Origin: Kiritimatiellia bacterium
GTDB taxonomy: Bacteria; Verrucomicrobiota; Kiritimatiellia; RFP12; JAVBOU01
DNA length: 17,752 bases
NCBI GenBank assembly: GCA_031550185.1
Contig: JAVBOU010000079.1
Coordinates: forward strand, 1-17,752
Reading direction: 5' to 3'
The translations under genes and the position numbers were made by a program. The notes under the pieces are model-generated. The model worked only from the letters and a program-made list of their open reading frames with translations, was not told the origin of the DNA and did not search any database. This document shows, piece by piece, positions 15,758 through 17,752 of this stretch. Position 1 is the first letter of the stretch, and every line of letters starts with the position of its first letter.

Positions 15758-17635
15758 TCAACCGCCTTGCCCCTTCCCTCGCCACGCTGCCAGGCGCGTC
15801 GCATTAAGGATCACGACAAACGCGCCAAGGTTGTGAACCAGCGCGCCACCGATCGGTCCCATCTCGCCCGCAACCGCAAGTCCGATAGCCACAAAATTGA
15901 TGCCCAGCGCCACGGCGATGTTGATCTGGATCGTCCGCAACGTACGGCGCGCAAGCTCAAACAGATAGGAGATTTCCTCGACCTTGTCGCCCACCAGCAC
16001 CACGTCCGACGATTCCAGCGTCCAGTCGCTCCCGATGCCGCCCATGCCCACGCCCACATACGCCGCGCGCAACGCCGCCGCGTCGTTCATGCCGTCACCA
16101 AACATGCACACCTTTTGTCCCGCCGCCTGCATGTCCGCCACCGCGCGAACCTTCTCCTCCGGCAAAAGTTCCGCGCGCACGTCCTCGATGCCGATCAACG
16201 CCGCAATGTGCTTCGCCGCCGCGCCGTGGTCGCCGGTCAGCATCACGCACGGCAACCCGTGCGCGCGCAACGCGTGCACCACGTCGCCCATTTTTTCACG
16301 CACGCGGTCGCCGAGCGCAAAGCATCCCCCCACCACGTTCAGCACGCTGACAAAAACCGCGGTCTCGCCGCGCGCGCGAATTTCACCCGACACGCGCCGC
16401 ATCTCCTCCGTGATCGTCAACCCCTCCTCCGCCAAAAACGCCTCACTGCCCGCGCGCACCGCCAGCCCCGCGACCTCGACGAACACGCCTCGGCCCGGCT
16501 TCATCACAAATTGATCGGGCTGGCGGATCGCGATTTTTCGCGCCCGCACATACCGCGCAATCGCCTTCCCAAACGGATGCTCCGAATTGGCCTCCGCGCA
16601 TCCGGCCAGTTCGAGGAACCGCGCGTCGTCGGGTTGAAAGCGAATCCATTCGCGCACCTCCGGCTTGCCGTGCGTGACGGTGCCGGTTTTGTCAAACGCC
16701 ACGCGCGTCGCCGCCGCCAGACGCTCCAGCGCGTCGCCCGACTTTACGAGCACACCGCGACGCGCGCCGTTGTTGATCGCCGCCATGATCGCCGTCGGCG
16801 TCGCCAGCACCAGCGCGCACGGACAAAACACCACCAGCACCGTCACCGCGCGGATCGGGTCTTGCGTCAACAACCACGTCACCACCGCCGTGGCCAGCGC
16901 CGCGAAGACGATCCACGTCGCCCACTGGTCCGCCTTGCGCACGATGCGCGCCTTGCCCGCGTCCGCCGACTCGATCAACGCGATCATCCGCTGCAACGCG
17001 CTCTCGTTGCCCACGCGTGTCACGCGCAAATCAATCGCGCCAAACTGGTTCACCGTTCCGCTCACCGCCTCGTCGCCCGGTCGCTTCTCAACCGGCAAAC
17101 TTTCGCCCGTCATGATCGACTCGTCGACCGATGTTTCGCCGGACATAATCACGCCGTCCATCGCCACGGTTTCGCCCGGCAGCACGCGCACGGTGTCCCC
17201 CACTCTCACCTCCTCCGGCGTCACCTCGCGCGCACTTCCATCCGCGTCCACCACGCGCGCAATCCGCGGTACCTGCGACGCGAGCTTTTGAATCTCGCGT
17301 TGCGCCTTGGCCGACGTCCTCGCCTCCAGCAACTCGCCCAGCGCCATGATAAACACGACCTCCGCCGCGGCCTCCAGCTCCCAAATGCAAATCGCCGCCA
17401 CCACCGCGATCGACACCAGCAGGTTTGTCTTTACGTCCAGCGACTTCACCAGCCCCTTCACCGCGTCGCCCAAAATCGGCCACCCGCACAAGACAATCGG
17501 CACCCACAGCGCAAGCTCCGCGTACGGCACCCTCAGATGCCGCAACGCAAAAAACAAAACCAGCGCGACGCCTGACGCCCACAGCGTCCAGGTCGACGGC
17601 TTCTGACAACTGCAATCATGATGTTCAACAGACAT
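15758..17635 (-). CDS. Heavy-metal-translocating P1B-type ATPase with a short N-terminus and no ferredoxin-like HMA domain. The start is ATG 17635. The track begins at TTG 17641.
   Basis: The CPC motif in the TM6 helix ([16 protein letters not shown]) is present. The phosphorylation site is DKTGTVTHG (DKTGT). The hinge is [10 protein letters not shown]. The nucleotide-binding HP motif is present (SEHPFG). Eight TM helices are predicted. The N-terminus [11 protein letters not shown] is Cys/His-rich but has no GMTCxxC. Confidence 0.85.
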   Translation of the reverse strand: MSVEHHDCSCQKPSTWTLWASGVALVLFFALRHLRVPYAELALWVPIVLCGWPILGDAVKGLVKSLDVKTNLLVSIAVVAAICIWELEAAAEVVFIMALGELLEARTSAKAQREIQKLASQVPRIARVVDADGSAREVTPEEVRVGDTVRVLPGETVAMDGVIMSGETSVDESIMTGESLPVEKRPGDEAVSGTVNQFGAIDLRVTRVGNESALQRMIALIESADAGKARIVRKADQWATWIVFAALATAVVTWLLTQDPIRAVTVLVVFCPCALVLATPTAIMAAINNGARRGVLVKSGDALERLAAATRVAFDKTGTVTHGKPEVREWIRFQPDDARFLELAGCAEANSEHPFGKAIARYVRARKIAIRQPDQFVMKPGRGVFVEVAGLAVRAGSEAFLAEEGLTITEEMRRVSGEIRARGETAVFVSVLNVVGGCFALGDRVREKMGDVVHALRAHGLPCVMLTGDHGAAAKHIAALIGIEDVRAELLPEEKVRAVADMQAAGQKVCMFGDGMNDAAALRAAYVGVGMGGIGSDWTLESSDVVLVGDKVEEISYLFELARRTLRTIQINIAVALGINFVAIGLAVAGEMGPIGGALVHNLGAFVVILNATRLAAWRGKGQGG

Positions 17636-17667
17636 TTGCAAACCCCTGGCTTGTGAAAATGAAATAT

Positions 17668-17696
17668 ACTATATACCCCTATAGGGTATATGGCAA
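17668..17696 (-). promoter_or_regulatory. Sigma70-like promoter of the P1B-ATPase gene. The -35 TTGCCA is at 17696-17691. The -10 TATAGT is at 17673-17668. The spacer is 17 nt.
   Basis: The minus-strand sequence is TTGCCAtataccctataggggtaTATAGT. It sits about 35-60 nt upstream of ATG 17635. The CsoR-like dyad occupies the spacer. Confidence 0.5.
17671..17691. promoter_or_regulatory. CsoR/RcnR-family-type operator dyad: ATATACCCC-TATA-GGGTATAT, a GC-tract pseudo-palindrome flanked by AT
   Basis: An 8-bp perfect inverted repeat (ATATACCC / GGGTATAT) flanks a 5-nt centre (CTATA). It resembles the ATACCC-N-GGGTAT operators bound by Cu-sensing CsoR repressors upstream of copZA-type ATPase operons. 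It lies within the -35/-10 spacer. Confidence 0.5.
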
Positions 17697-17708
17697 GGAG
17701 AAAAAATC

Positions 17709-17741
17709 TCGTGGCGTGGCAGGACCTCTGCCACGCCACGG
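17709..17741 (-). terminator. Palindromic-repeat family copy: tCGTGGCGTGGCAGGA-cc-TCTGCCACGCCACGG. On the minus strand GAGAUUUUUUCUCC follows it. It is a probable intrinsic terminator for a minus-strand gene lying beyond the window end, placed just upstream of the ATPase promoter.
   Basis: The arms are a perfect 13 bp plus an extension (GCAGGA/TCTGCC). The plus-strand AAAAAA at 17701-17706 reads as a U6 tract on the minus strand, right after the stem. The -35 box begins 5 nt later. Confidence 0.6.
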
Positions 17742-17752
17742 ACTTGTCTTTT

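Noticed and set aside
1-17752. tRNA or rRNA genes and CRISPR arrays
   Set aside because: No GTTCGAATC/T-loop-like motifs with matching acceptor stems were found. Apart from the flotillin intragenic repeats, there are no regularly spaced direct repeats with unique spacers. The intergenic gaps are short and are accounted for by the features above.

Overview
This is a GC-rich bacterial chromosomal segment, with base composition roughly 60-65% by eye. It looks like a diderm organism, because it encodes a FadL-type outer-membrane barrel. Thirteen confidently called genes sit on the minus strand between 165 and 14179: tadA, an SGNH/GDSL hydrolase, a MATE efflux pump, a D-2-hydroxyacid dehydrogenase, a ComEC/Rec2 channel protein, a small coiled-coil/transmembrane protein, a NYN/OST-HTH predicted RNase, a flotillin with its NfeD partner, a DUF192 protein, leuS, a low-GC small membrane-anchored ORF, and a murC-like Mur ligase. 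A weak 53-aa membrane ORF may add one more. A FadL/OmpP1-family outer-membrane protein follows on the plus strand, then a short heavy-metal P1B-type ATPase on the minus strand. Two things are not ordinary annotation. First, a family of five near-identical GC-rich perfect palindromes (CCGTGGCGTGGCA-loop-TGCCACGCCACGG) sits only in intergenic positions just after stop codons. Four of them are followed by a U-tract on the strand of the gene they follow, so they read as intrinsic terminators with a shared stem. Two copies bracket a low-GC small ORF, like a cassette. Second, there is a tightly coupled NfeD-flotillin-NYN/OST-HTH-coiled-coil/TM-ComEC block. The flotillin stop and the NYN start overlap as ATGA. 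The ATPase promoter carries a CsoR-type operator (ATATACCCC-TATA-GGGTATAT) between its -35 and -10 boxes. The ORF track calls GTG and TTG starts as M, so starts were re-derived from the DNA. Long plus-strand ORFs antisense to these genes are GC-rich shadow frames and were not called.
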